Shown: one piece after another, positions 9,548 to 19,755 of the stretch
Position numbering within the stretch: position 1 is the stretch's first letter
Layout of the letters: the number at the start of each line of letters is the position of its first letter
Assembly: GCA_041937185.1 (NCBI GenBank)
Contig: CP166621.1
Coordinates: 2,388,571 to 2,452,570, forward strand
DNA from: Leptolyngbya sp. BL-A-14
GTDB lineage: Bacteria > Cyanobacteriota > Cyanobacteriia > Leptolyngbyales > Leptolyngbyaceae
DNA length: 64,000 nucleotides
Direction of reading: 5' to 3'
Translations under genes and position numbers: made by a program
The notes under the pieces: generated by a model
What the model was told of the DNA's origin: nothing
Database searches by the model: none
The model's input: only the letters and a program-made list of their open reading frames with translations

Positions 9548-9848
9548 GTAATATCCAAACCTACAGCTACGATTATTGTTCGCTAAACCAAAAAAGTATT
9601 GACACGAACAAGCTCGCTTATCATCGCTTATTTATTGGGGTTTCGAGAAAACCTGCTGAGTTCTTAAGCATTCAAGCGACGGCGATCAACCGTTCAAGAG
9701 ATGAGATTCAAGCCTGCTTTGTTCCTTGGACGCAGCGTAACCGTAATCAAAGCACGCCTTTCCCCGTCATACCAGTGACAATGTGCCTGGTTCAAAACAA
9801 CCAATGTCGAGTCGGGAGGCGATCGTGCAATCAACTGACTTAGAACGG

Positions 9849-10094
9849 TTAGGCGAAATCATCAGACGGTAGCGGGATATTATCGCCATGCTCGTAAACC
9901 GTCTCAATCCAGAGTTGCCGCGCTTCTTCAATGTTTGCAATGATTTCATCTGGCGTTTCGCCCTGCGTGATGCATCCTGGCAAATCTTTGATCACCGCTA
10001 CATAGCCGCCTTCTGGCTCTGGGTACACCGTAATGGGGTAGCAAAGCTTCAAATAGTGCTCTAACGATTCACGATTCGCCTGTTTGGCGTGCAT
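9849..10094 (-). CDS. hicB: HicB-family type II antitoxin
   Basis: YPITVYPEPEGGYVAVIKDLPGCITQGETPDEIIANIEEA matches the HicB RNase-H-like antitoxin core. Confidence 0.7.
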   Translation of the reverse strand: MHAKQANRESLEHYLKLCYPITVYPEPEGGYVAVIKDLPGCITQGETPDEIIANIEEARQLWIETVYEHGDNIPLPSDDFA

Positions 10095-10119
10095 CCCTAT
10101 TTCTTACTACGTTATTGAG

Positions 10120-10644
10120 CTAAGTTACTTTAAATTCGCTCCAGAGCTTGCAAGGCTTCCAAAACAGACGCGTTCCAAGTGCATAGCCGCATTTTGCGTA
10201 GAAACCTGTTGCGGTGGCGTGTGAAACAGTAACGACCGTAATATCATCTGCTCCACCAGCAGCTTCTCGGATGCGAACCAATAATTCACTTCCTACCCCC
10301 TGGTGCGTATAAGCCCTATCAACACCGAGATCTGTGACAAACAGGAAGTAGGCAAAATCGGTCACACCAAAAGCTATCCCAATCAATTTCCCTGTATCGT
10401 TTCTAGCTGTGATGGCAACTGACCGTCGCACCAAAAGCGTTTTTATTCTCTCCTCAAAGCGCTCTTTCGGATACGGCCCCCCAAGATCACTTCGTCTCAA
10501 GAAGTCATAATATTCTTCAAATGATAAGTCTTCGTTCTCACGGTATTCAATCATCTGTAGTCGCTCATCAGTGCGGACAGCGCCTATATTATTCAACCCC
10601 AGTGTCAGCACTTGAGATCGACAAGCTCGAAATTCTGTGCTCAT
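10120..10644 (-). CDS. GNAT family N-acetyltransferase
   Basis: HQGVGSELL (R/Q-x-x-G-x-G/A) acetyl-CoA motif. The listed ORF runs to 11079 but its first 145 codons overlap hemC antisense, so the start is placed at M146 (ATG 10644). M175 (10557) is an alternative start. Confidence 0.6.
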   Translation of the reverse strand: MSTEFRACRSQVLTLGLNNIGAVRTDERLQMIEYRENEDLSFEEYYDFLRRSDLGGPYPKERFEERIKTLLVRRSVAITARNDTGKLIGIAFGVTDFAYFLFVTDLGVDRAYTHQGVGSELLVRIREAAGGADDITVVTVSHATATGFYAKCGYALGTRLFWKPCKLWSEFKVT

Positions 10645-10818
10645 AGAGGATAATTCAGCACATGACAATTCGCTACAGCTATGACGTTGATTGCAGGCAC
10701 GAGGGAATCTGCTTAAACAACTGTAATGATCAGTGCTTCTTGTACTATCACCAAACGGGTTACACACTGCGGTAAGGTGGAGAGAGTGACTTTTGAAGCT
10801 CGTTTCACGCCCTGAATT

Positions 10819-11790
10819 ATGTCGCCTACTGCAACGCCTACCGCTACTCGCACGATTCGGATTGGTTCTCGCAAAAGCCAGCTTGCACTGGTACAAACTC
10901 ACTGGGTACAGGCAGAGTTGCAAAAAGCCTTCCCCGATCGCACCTTTGAAGTGCACACCATGAGCACTCAGGGCGACAAGATTTTGGATGTGGCGCTGGC
11001 GAAAATTGGTGACAAAGGGCTGTTTACCAAAGAACTCGAAGTTGGCATGATCAGCGGCGATATTGACTTCGCTGTGCATTCCCTCAAGGATTTGCCGACG
11101 CGCCTACCAGAAGGGTTGGTCTTGGGGTGCGTGACGGAGCGCGAGAATCCGGCTGATGCGCTGGTGGTGCATGAGAAGCACAAAGACAAGCAGCTTGATA
11201 CGTTGCCCGAAGGCGCGGTTATTGGTACCTCCTCTCTTCGTCGTCTGGCGCAACTGCGACATCACTATCCCCACCTCAGCTTTAAGGATGTGCGGGGCAA
11301 TCTGAACACACGTTTGGCAAAGCTGGATGCGGGTGAGTATGATGCGCTGATTCTGGCGGCAGCAGGCTTGCAGCGGTTAGACATGGCTGATCGCATTCAT
11401 CAAGTGATTCCATCTGACGTATCGCTGCATGCGGTTGGTCAGGGTGCATTGGGGATTGAATGCCGAGGTGATGATAGCGAAGTGTTAACGCTGCTGAAGG
11501 CTCTGGAGCATGAGCCAACGGCTTACCGCTGCTATGCCGAGCGATCGTTCCTCCGCGAACTGGAAGGTGGTTGCCAGGTGCCGATCGGTGTGAATACATT
11601 GCTAGAAGGCGATCGACTCACCCTTACGGGCATTGTGATTAGCCTTGATGGCCAAAAGGTAGCGAAAGATAGCGTGAGTGGTTTGGCGACTGAAGCAGAC
11701 GCGATCGGTGCCGAGCTTGCTCAACGCTTGCGTGAACAGGGTGCCCAGGAGATTTTGGACGAAATCTTGGCGACCGTGCAGAGAAGCTGA
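10819..11790 (+). CDS. hemC: Hydroxymethylbilane synthase (porphobilinogen deaminase)
   Basis: [29 protein letters not shown] and dipyrromethane cofactor Cys region. Confidence 0.93.
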   Translation: MSPTATPTATRTIRIGSRKSQLALVQTHWVQAELQKAFPDRTFEVHTMSTQGDKILDVALAKIGDKGLFTKELEVGMISGDIDFAVHSLKDLPTRLPEGLVLGCVTERENPADALVVHEKHKDKQLDTLPEGAVIGTSSLRRLAQLRHHYPHLSFKDVRGNLNTRLAKLDAGEYDALILAAAGLQRLDMADRIHQVIPSDVSLHAVGQGALGIECRGDDSEVLTLLKALEHEPTAYRCYAERSFLRELEGGCQVPIGVNTLLEGDRLTLTGIVISLDGQKVAKDSVSGLATEADAIGAELAQRLREQGAQEILDEILATVQRS

Positions 11791-12042
11791 AAAACAGTTT
11801 TAAGGGATTGGTTTTTAGTTGTTAGAAAGGTGATCAACATCCGTCTGTTTTCAGCGCTCGATAGGAGAGCAAGCAGTGGCTAACGTTGTCTTGCTAAAAA
11901 CTGAAAACCAACAACCAACAACTAGCAACGCTCTTGCGCTATTTAGGCTCCTAAATTTGTGTGCCACAATCGGTAGCAGCGCTGAAAGCGCCAATCCTTC
12001 ACTCTCACGCTGCATCAATGCACTCAATCAAGGCTGGGCTAC

Positions 12043-14268
12043 ATGCTGGGAACCCTGCTCAACGGACGCTTTAAAATTATTCAGGCTTTAGGTAGCGGTG
12101 GGTTTGGGCAAACGTATATTGCTGAAGATGTTGCACAGCCCGATCGTCCTCAATGTGTGATCAAACAGTTCCGTCCAGCCTATCAGGAACAGAGTTTCTT
12201 AAAGGTCGCTCGTCGTCTGTTTACCACCGAAGCCGAAACACTACAAAAATTGGGGAGCCATGACCAAATTCCCACGCTCCTGGCTGTTTTTGAAGAAAAC
12301 AACGAATTCTATTTAGCCCAGGAATACGTTGAAGGTCAGGCGCTGAGCGATGAAATTGCCACAGCACAACGACTTGACGAATCAGCCATTCTGGCTCTGC
12401 TTCAAGATGTGTTGCCCATTCTGGCCTTTGTGCATCAGAACAATGTGATCCATCGCGATATTAAGCCTGCAAATATCATTCGGCGGCAACGAGATGGTAA
12501 GTTTGTGCTGATTGATTTTGGCGCGGTGAAAGAAATTCAAACCCAGCTTACTAGCCTGGAGCCAGGACACAGCAACTTTACCGTTGGCATTGGGACTCAA
12601 GGGTATGGTCCTAGCGAACAGATGATGGGCAAACCGCGCTACAACAGCGATGTGTATGCGCTGGGTATGACGGCAATCACTGCCCTCACTGGGTTACAGC
12701 CCTTTCAGCTACCGACCCACCCTGAAACAGGCGAAGTCATCTGGCGTGATCAAGCACGAGTCAGCGCCAATCTAGCTGGCATCTTAACGAAAATGACTCG
12801 TTATCACTTCAGTCAACGCTATCAAACAGCAGAAGCAGTGCTGTATGCCCTGGAACACCCTGCGGAGGTTGTAGCCGATGACACGCAGTTGCCCCTTACG
12901 CTGCCAGAATATCCGCCGACCGCAACACTCGGGCAGGATCCCAATCGCCTCAACCAACCTCAAACGGCTCAAATATCGTTGACACGGTGGCAGCGATTCT
13001 CCCAAAGCATTGGAGGGAAAGAAGGGCTGGGCGTCGGTAGTCCCCCCATAGGAATGAGACTGGCAGCACTTTCTGTCGGCATCGCCAGTCTTACAATGAC
13101 GGCTCTCATGCTGGGCATCCGTCAATTGGGTTGGTTACAACCGCTAGAACTGGCGGCGTACGATCGCCTGGTGCAGGTGAGCCCAGATCCTGGCATCGAT
13201 TCCCGCTTGCTGGTCGTGGGCATTACAGAAGCCGATATTACAACACAAAAGCAGTTTCCGATCCCTGATCGCACTCTGGCGCAAGCGATTCAGGCATTAC
13301 AACGTTATAATCCTCGCGCGATCGGGATCGATCTCTTACGGAATTTGCCTCAACCACCCGGACGAACCGAGCTTTTAGCGGCACTTAGGGCCCCCAATCT
13401 CATTGCCATTACAAATCTAGGCAGTGCCAACCCGCCGACAACACCAGCACCGTCAGAAGTTCCGCTCAACCGTGTTGGATTCAATGATTTGGTACTCGAT
13501 CCCGGTGATGTCGTACGACGCAACTTACTCTTTGCCGACAGCACTACAGCAAACAGTAAAGCACCTTTTACGTTCTATTCGTTCTCCCTGCGCCTAGCGT
13601 TGGCATACCTCGCACCGCAGGCGATTGTTCCTCGACCGCTGCCGGACAATCCTGATATCTTTCAGCTTGGTAAAACACAGTTTAGTCCGTTAGAGAAGCA
13701 TGCAGGCGGCTATCAGGCGATCGATGCACGAGGGTATCAAATTTTGCTGAAGTATCGGGGCCGGACGATCGCGCGGCAGGTTAGCTTGAGCGACGTTTTG
13801 GACGGGAAGGTGCCACCTGAGTGGGTGAAGGATAAAGTCATCCTCATCGGCACCACCGCTCCCAGCGGTAAAGACTTTTTTTCGACTCCCTACAGTTCTG
13901 CCAGTGAAGATACACCTCGCATGGCAGGTGTCTTCATTCATGCGCAGATGGTGAGCCAGTTTTTGAGTGCCGCATTAGACGGTCAACCCCTAATTTGGAC
14001 GTGGCCGGAATGGATCGAAGCACTATGGCTTGCCACCTGGGCTATGCTCGGCGGCATCCTCGCGTGGTACATTCGACAACCGCTTGTCCTGGTGCTGAGT
14101 GGTAGCTTACTCTTGTTTAGCCTTGCAATCATCGGCTTTGGAGTCTTTCTTCAACAAGGTTGGTTGCCATTGGTAGCGCCTGCTCTCGCCGCTACGGCGA
14201 CAGGTGCCATGGTCGTTGCTTACCGCGCTTACTGGTCCCAACGGTCAGACAATGTTGAGCGATCGTAA
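12043..14268 (+). CDS. Ser/Thr protein kinase fused to a CHASE2 sensor / membrane domain
   Basis: GSGGFGQTY, VIKQ and HRDIKPANII kinase subdomains. The C-terminal half carries multiple TM segments typical of CHASE2. Confidence 0.85.
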   Translation: MLGTLLNGRFKIIQALGSGGFGQTYIAEDVAQPDRPQCVIKQFRPAYQEQSFLKVARRLFTTEAETLQKLGSHDQIPTLLAVFEENNEFYLAQEYVEGQALSDEIATAQRLDESAILALLQDVLPILAFVHQNNVIHRDIKPANIIRRQRDGKFVLIDFGAVKEIQTQLTSLEPGHSNFTVGIGTQGYGPSEQMMGKPRYNSDVYALGMTAITALTGLQPFQLPTHPETGEVIWRDQARVSANLAGILTKMTRYHFSQRYQTAEAVLYALEHPAEVVADDTQLPLTLPEYPPTATLGQDPNRLNQPQTAQISLTRWQRFSQSIGGKEGLGVGSPPIGMRLAALSVGIASLTMTALMLGIRQLGWLQPLELAAYDRLVQVSPDPGIDSRLLVVGITEADITTQKQFPIPDRTLAQAIQALQRYNPRAIGIDLLRNLPQPPGRTELLAALRAPNLIAITNLGSANPPTTPAPSEVPLNRVGFNDLVLDPGDVVRRNLLFADSTTANSKAPFTFYSFSLRLALAYLAPQAIVPRPLPDNPDIFQLGKTQFSPLEKHAGGYQAIDARGYQILLKYRGRTIARQVSLSDVLDGKVPPEWVKDKVILIGTTAPSGKDFFSTPYSSASEDTPRMAGVFIHAQMVSQFLSAALDGQPLIWTWPEWIEALWLATWAMLGGILAWYIRQPLVLVLSGSLLLFSLAIIGFGVFLQQGWLPLVAPALAATATGAMVVAYRAYWSQRSDNVERS

Positions 14269-14401
14269 GCCCTGGTTCAGAATGCGAAACCTTGGCTGAG
14301 CCGTCAGCTTTTACAAAAGCATTGATAGCCAAAGACTGCCCGCTACAGATGCTTTAGGACTGGTATAGCAGTACGTAGGTTGGTTCGGACACCGACACAA
14401 C

Positions 14402-16099
14402 TTAGATGGCTTTAATATTAAGCGATCGCCACCGATTCACAGCGGCGGCTAACTCAAAGCGACGAAAGTTGGCAAGATCCCCTTGTGGAAACCCGACGAG
14501 ATGATCAAAGCCGCCTGCGGCGAGGTCAGCCATTGCGTAGTCGAGGGCTTCAGTGAGCGGGTGGGTACCGTCGAGGTAGTGCTGTTGCAGATAGAGTAAC
14601 ATGGCGGCGATCGCACGTAGCTGTCCCGTTTCGGCGATTTGCTCGACGGCTGAGAGATCAATTTCGTCGTGGCCCAGGACGATCGTATCCAGATCGCGGA
14701 CTTTGCGCTTGGGGGGGCGATCGTTGTCTGAGTGTGGCTGAACGGTCAGGAAGCGAGGGGTCAGCGTCCCAAACCGTGTGCCGCCTTCAGGGGTGCGATC
14801 TGTTGTGTATTGCTGCGCGATCGTCCGTGCTTGTGCCGTCATTTCCTCCGGCTGAAAGTCTTGCATGGCAATGACGGTATCTGCTACATCAAAATAATCG
14901 CCGCTGCCGCCCATCACCAGAATGGTAGAGACTCCGTGATCGGTGTACAGTTGGCGCACTTTGTCGATCAACGGCGTGATGGGTTCGCGGTCTTTCGCAA
15001 TCAATGCCTGCATCCGGCGATCGCGGATCATAAAATTGGTCGCTGCCGTGTCTTCATCAATCAGCAGCAGTTTCGTTCCTGCTTCCAGCGCTTCAATAAT
15101 GCTAGCGGCTTGAGACGTGCTGCCACTCGCATTTTGGGTGGAAAACTGCGTCGTCGATCGTCCCATTGGCAGATGATTGATAAACGGCGACAGATTCACT
15201 CCCGCAACACTGCGTCCATCTTCTGCCCGCACTTTCACCGCCGCAGCATGGGTCACAACAAACTCGCGTCCGTCGCCGGGAATGTGAGTGTAAACGCCCA
15301 ACTCAAGCGCCCGTAGCAGCGTCGATTTGCCGTGATACCCACCTCCCACAATCAACGTTACGCCGGCTGGAATGCCCATGCCCGTAATCATGCCCCGATT
15401 GGGGCAGGTGAACTCCACTCGTAGGGAGTCAGGTGACTGAAAGGGAATGCCCTCTGGCAACGGGCGATCGTCCACACCACTCCAACGCGGCAACACAGCG
15501 CCATCGGCAACAAACGCAACCAAATCCCGATCGCTCAACTGCTGCCGTAACCAATCGGCATCCTCAGCCGTTTCGACATGACGCTGCACCACCGTCGCAT
15601 CAAGAGTCTGATAAGGGAGGCGATCGACCAGTTGAGGCAAATCCTCGCACAGTAATTCCGCTGCTTGCAGTCCTGCTACTCGTCGCCCAAAGGCAGGCAA
15701 CCTCACCACAAAGCGAATCTCTAACCACTCGTCATCAATGAACGCTGCGGTGCGCTCCAGAACGGTTTGCTTAGGCTGAGCAATTGCAATCAGCCCACTG
15801 CTGCCGCTTCCTCGATGTTGTCGGAGCGATTGAGCCGCACGATCGAACTGTCGTGTCAGATAATCTCGCAGCGCAACGGCTCGACTGGGATTGCGGTATA
15901 GATCCTTGGGAAAGCCCGCGATCGCTTGCGGTATCTTCACTCGACACTGACTGGGTGCCGCAAATGGATCACCTTGAATGCGATCGAGCAGCAGCGTGAA
16001 GTTCGCAAACTCGTAGCTTCCCCTTAAGTCTTTGTACGCTTTGTAGTTTTGCTGATCGATTCGACGCAAGAGCTGGTGTAGAGAGGCTTGAGTGGACAT
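14402..16099 (-). CDS. ABC-ATPase domain protein (predicted ATPase of the ABC class, PF09818-like)
   Basis: 565 aa. N-terminal QNYKAYKDLRGSY signature of the family; P-loop GGGYHGKST. Confidence 0.65.
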   Translation of the reverse strand: MSTQASLHQLLRRIDQQNYKAYKDLRGSYEFANFTLLLDRIQGDPFAAPSQCRVKIPQAIAGFPKDLYRNPSRAVALRDYLTRQFDRAAQSLRQHRGSGSSGLIAIAQPKQTVLERTAAFIDDEWLEIRFVVRLPAFGRRVAGLQAAELLCEDLPQLVDRLPYQTLDATVVQRHVETAEDADWLRQQLSDRDLVAFVADGAVLPRWSGVDDRPLPEGIPFQSPDSLRVEFTCPNRGMITGMGIPAGVTLIVGGGYHGKSTLLRALELGVYTHIPGDGREFVVTHAAAVKVRAEDGRSVAGVNLSPFINHLPMGRSTTQFSTQNASGSTSQAASIIEALEAGTKLLLIDEDTAATNFMIRDRRMQALIAKDREPITPLIDKVRQLYTDHGVSTILVMGGSGDYFDVADTVIAMQDFQPEEMTAQARTIAQQYTTDRTPEGGTRFGTLTPRFLTVQPHSDNDRPPKRKVRDLDTIVLGHDEIDLSAVEQIAETGQLRAIAAMLLYLQQHYLDGTHPLTEALDYAMADLAAGGFDHLVGFPQGDLANFRRFELAAAVNRWRSLNIKAI

Positions 16100-16242
16100 T
16101 GGGCAGAGGGGGCATGGGTAGCAGAGGGGGCAGAGGTAGAGATGAGGGATGAAGGCTGGCTGCTGACTCCTGCACCCTAATAGAGTGTAAAGATGGTAAA
16201 TAGGCGTTGAACAATCGCGCCGAGTCTAGAGCAGAGTTAAGT

Positions 16243-16485
16243 ATGACAACAACAGATGTAATTAAACTGGATCAATTTTTGAAGGCGGCAGGCATTGTCT
16301 CGACTGGCGGACAGGCAAAACTGCTGATTCAGTCAGGAGAGGTGAAGGTCAACGGGAGCGTAGAAACGAGACGGGGACGCAAACTTGTCGTGGGCGATCG
16401 TGTCTCCACCATGGGCGAAACCCTCAGCGTCGATGCTGCCACTCTCCAGCCTTCCAGCACTGGTGAGCCAAACCCGTGGGCCTGA
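16243..16485 (+). CDS. RNA-binding S4 domain protein (YbcJ-like)
   Basis: IKLDQFLKAAGIVSTGGQAKLLIQSGEVKVNG S4 fold signature; start placed at MTTTDV. Confidence 0.7.
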   Translation: MTTTDVIKLDQFLKAAGIVSTGGQAKLLIQSGEVKVNGSVETRRGRKLVVGDRVSTMGETLSVDAATLQPSSTGEPNPWA

Positions 16486-16535
16486 GTCTTCCCCCGTTCC
16501 CTCTACCCCAACCCCCATCCCCTACTCCCCACACC

Positions 16536-16811
16536 CTACTCCCTCGCACTCATAGACATTTCCTGCAAATCGAACCGATAATTCTCAATGACCGGGTTTG
16601 CCAGGAGCTGATCACACATGCGATCGAGTTGCTCGCGGGCATCTCCTTCGCTAGCCGCCTCTAACGTCAACTCAACGTACTTACCAATGCGGATCTGAGC
16701 CACATTCTCGTAGCCCATATGTTTCAGCCCAGACTGTACGGCTGTTCCGGCTGGGTCAAGAACCGACGGGCGCAAAGTAACATAGATTTGGGCGTGATAC
16801 GTCTGAGTCAC
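16536..16811 (-). CDS. purS: Phosphoribosylformylglycinamidine synthase subunit PurS
   Basis: 91 aa: YHAQIYVTLRPSVLDPAGTAVQSGL...ENYRFD, the PurS consensus. Confidence 0.85.
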   Translation of the reverse strand: MTQTYHAQIYVTLRPSVLDPAGTAVQSGLKHMGYENVAQIRIGKYVELTLEAASEGDAREQLDRMCDQLLANPVIENYRFDLQEMSMSARE

Positions 16812-16855
16812 CGTTGTTTCCTGTGAGTACGTTTACCGTTACTGATGCTACCGCT

Positions 16856-17039
16856 TTGTGGGGGGTAGGGGATAGGGGATAGGGGTCAGGGAACAGAGAG
16901 TAAGAGGTAGAAAGAACTCAAAATCTACTAGCTTGTCAGTGCAAGGCGTTACTTAAATTTAAAACTCCCCGCTTCCCCTGCCTCCCCGCTCCCCCTGCTC
17001 CCTTCACCGCCCTCTCCTCTCCCCCACTCTACCTCCTCC
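16856..17039. repeat. STRR-like GGGGATA/GGGGTAG and C-rich heptamer arrays
   Basis: ggggtaggggataggggataggggtcaggg ... cccgcttcccctgcctccccgctccccctgctccc. Confidence 0.75.
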
Positions 17040-17447
17040 ATGAAAGCTAGCCGTACTCGTAGTCAAGAACGAATTATTAGCCTTCTCAAACATCTCGATC
17101 GTGCCATTTCAGCGCAAGATTTGTTTGTTGAGTTGCGGAACTGTGATCAGGCGATGGGTCTAGCGACGGTGTATCGGGCGTTGGAGGCGCTGAAGTTAGA
17201 AGGAGTCGTGCAGGCGCGGACGATGGCAAGCGGTGAGTCGCTTTACAGCCTGGTGCAGGAAGATCGGCATCATTTAACGTGCTTGCAGTGTGGCGGGTCG
17301 ATTCCGATCGATGCGTGTCCGGTGCATGAGCTTGAAGAGCAGTTAAACCAGTCCTATCAGTTCAAGATCTATTACCACATGCTGGAATTCTTTGGGCTTT
17401 GTACCCAATGTCAAACGGCAAATGCCGCCAGTGAGTCTGTCAATTAG
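17040..17447 (+). CDS. Fur-family transcriptional regulator (Zur/PerR-like)
   Basis: Winged-helix N-terminus, HHLTCLQCG and C-terminal CTQCQ metal sites. Confidence 0.8.
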   Translation: MKASRTRSQERIISLLKHLDRAISAQDLFVELRNCDQAMGLATVYRALEALKLEGVVQARTMASGESLYSLVQEDRHHLTCLQCGGSIPIDACPVHELEEQLNQSYQFKIYYHMLEFFGLCTQCQTANAASESVN

Positions 17448-17670
17448 CAGGCTAGATAGAAATTCTCACTCAACGGTGACACAGCCTCAATGGGAGCAAT
17501 CAGGAGTCAGGCGGTAGCGTTATTGGCGACCCAAGCGAAGCAGGCGGCAATGGCTTTAGCAGAAGTTCGTCGATCGCACCCCTTCTGACTCCTGTATTCT
17601 GACTTCTGACTCCTAACGCCTGAATTTCCTCCCGCTTTGCCATCTTTCACTCGCTTGGAAACCGCCTTTA

Positions 17671-18972
17671 ATGACTACACCCGCGATCGCTTCGGTTCAA
17701 CCGCTTCTCCATCAAGCTGCTTCTCTCCTCGTCTATCGGTCATTGCTCAGCGATCCGATTGGACAGGCGTTTTTGGCACTGCTGCAAGCGATTCGTCACG
17801 CTGAGCGTAATACGGCTGCCGAAAATACCGAGTGTTTGCTGGCGTATGGTGATTGGTTTAGCGCGTTGGCTGAGGGGAAGCAAAGCTGGCAGGATCATCT
17901 ACTCACCCAACTGTTGCATGCGGACAATCCGTTTACCCAACAGGCACAGCACAGAGCGTTGAGTGAACTGCCTCCCGCATTGGTGGAAGCGGCTCGCCAT
18001 GATCTTCAAGTGGTGCAGCAATTGTATGCCTATGGCAGTGAGCAATTGAGCCGATCAATTAAGGTGGCGGCACATCTGGCAGTTGCTCCCGTTGTCTGGC
18101 AGTGCGAACCAATCGCAAGTTTGGAGTGGTTGCGATCGACTGTACAAGCCACAGCCAATTGGGGCGATGCATTGGAACCGTTAGCGGCCCACTATCACAA
18201 GCAGGGTGTGGGGCTATTCGCTCAATACAAAGCGTTTCGCTGGCAGGCAGGTGAATTGCGGGGCATTGCCTATCCCGATCGCGTGCAGGTTACCGATCTG
18301 GTGGGCTATGAGTCCCAAAAAGAAGCACTGCTGAAGAATACGACGTTTTTGCTCAAGGGCTACCCGGCACTGCACGTATTGCTCTACGGCAGTCGGGGTT
18401 CGGGCAAATCGTCGCTGGTGAAGGGATTGCTGCACCGCTATGGGGAGGATGGTCTGCGCCTGATTGAGGTCGCCAAAGCAGAACTAACAGAGTTGCCTGC
18501 GATCGTCGAACGGTTACGGAATCTGCCGCAGAAGTTCATTATTTTTGTCGATGATCTGTCGTTTGAGGAAGATGAGGATGCCTTTAAAGCGTTGAAGGTT
18601 GTGCTGGAGGGCAATCTAACGGCACGATCGCAAAACGTAGTGGTGTATGCCACCTCCAATCGACGGCATCTGATCCGCGAATTTTTTGGCGATCGTCCCC
18701 GTCCCAGCGATGGCGATGAAGTCCACGCCTGGGATACGGTGCAGGAGAAGCTTTCGTTTAGCGATCGCTTTGGCTTAACCCTCACCTTTGAACCCGCTGA
18801 CCAAAAAACCTATTTGCAAATCATTCACCACCTCGCCAAGCAAGCAGGAATTCAGCTTGATTCGGAGGCTCTGGAGTATCAGGCACTGCAATGGGCAACG
18901 CGACATAATGGGCGATCGGGCCGTAGCGCGAGGCAATTTATTGATTTTCTCACCGCTGAACTGGCTAGATAA
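17671..18972 (+). CDS. AAA-like ATP-binding protein, DUF815 family
   Basis: LLYGSRGSGKSS Walker A, FIIFVDDLSFEEDE Walker B, sensor NRRHLI. Confidence 0.7.
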   Translation: MTTPAIASVQPLLHQAASLLVYRSLLSDPIGQAFLALLQAIRHAERNTAAENTECLLAYGDWFSALAEGKQSWQDHLLTQLLHADNPFTQQAQHRALSELPPALVEAARHDLQVVQQLYAYGSEQLSRSIKVAAHLAVAPVVWQCEPIASLEWLRSTVQATANWGDALEPLAAHYHKQGVGLFAQYKAFRWQAGELRGIAYPDRVQVTDLVGYESQKEALLKNTTFLLKGYPALHVLLYGSRGSGKSSLVKGLLHRYGEDGLRLIEVAKAELTELPAIVERLRNLPQKFIIFVDDLSFEEDEDAFKALKVVLEGNLTARSQNVVVYATSNRRHLIREFFGDRPRPSDGDEVHAWDTVQEKLSFSDRFGLTLTFEPADQKTYLQIIHHLAKQAGIQLDSEALEYQALQWATRHNGRSGRSARQFIDFLTAELAR

Positions 18973-19057
18973 GGAGTGGGATATGGAGGTAGAAGAGGCA
19001 GTTTCAGTCCCTGGTCTACAATGAAAGCAAGCAGATCCTAGCCTTAGGAGACGATTT

Positions 19058-19330
19058 ATGCCCTCCCCCAAATTTAGTGCAGAGGAAATTGCTCAGCGCG
19101 GCAAAGCCCTCTATGAGAAAGGCATCCGCGCCAACGTTGAAACAGTAGAAAATATCGGCAAAATTATCTCGATTAATATCGAAACTGGCGAATACGCAAT
19201 TGGTAATGATTTGGTCGAAACCAGCCTCCGATTACAAGCTAAACAAGCTGACGCATCACTTTGGGGAGAAAGAATAGGCTTTAACGCTGTTTATGCAGTG
19301 GGTGGCACACTGACTAGGACTTTGCAGTGA
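19058..19330 (+). CDS. Small hypothetical protein, partner of a retropepsin-like protease
   Basis: 90 aa. Its stop TGA overlaps the GTG start of the next gene (19327). Confidence 0.5.
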   Translation: MPSPKFSAEEIAQRGKALYEKGIRANVETVENIGKIISINIETGEYAIGNDLVETSLRLQAKQADASLWGERIGFNAVYAVGGTLTRTLQ

Positions 19331-19695
19331 TACATGGGAGTGTGGTTGGGCTTCAGGCTCGAATAGGTGTGTTGCTTCTTGCTCAAGACCGTTCAGGAAT
19401 AGAAATTGAATGTGTGGTTGATACAGGGTTTGAGGGCTTCTTAACGTTGCCTCCCTCAGTTGTTGTTGATCTTGGCTTACCATATCTCATTAATATCAAC
19501 GCTAACCTTGCTAATGATGCTAATGTCGAAACCGGCGTTTACTTGGCAACAGTTGTATGGAATGGTGTCGAGCGTAAGATCGCAGTTTTAGCAATGGGAC
19601 GTCGTCCACTCATTGGAACTGCACTGCTCGCGGACTATCATCTCAATGTAGATTTCTGTGAGGGCGGCACAGTACTGATTGATGAAATTCTGTAG
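19327..19695 (+). CDS. Retropepsin-like (clan AA) aspartic protease
   Basis: VVDTGFEGFLTLP, a D-T/S-G catalytic motif in a 122-aa protein, typical of bacterial retropepsin-like domains. Confidence 0.65.
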   Translation: MIHGSVVGLQARIGVLLLAQDRSGIEIECVVDTGFEGFLTLPPSVVVDLGLPYLININANLANDANVETGVYLATVVWNGVERKIAVLAMGRRPLIGTALLADYHLNVDFCEGGTVLIDEIL

Positions 19696-19755
19696 ATTTG
19701 AAGTGAACAACTTGGCACAATGGCGGTTGGGCTGTAACACCATAAGCGGTTTCGG

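Noticed and set aside
9767-9949. 60-aa ORF considered as a HicA partner for HicB
   Set aside because: It overlaps the HicB ORF by about 100 nt in another frame and lacks the HicA dsRBD signature (no GSHxxF/H-type motif).
10645-11079. The N-terminal 145 codons of the 319-aa minus-strand ORF, upstream of the GNAT domain
   Set aside because: It lies antisense inside hemC (10819-11790) and has a low-complexity, Arg/Ser/Cys-rich composition. The GNAT fold begins near M146, so the extension was treated as an open-frame artefact.
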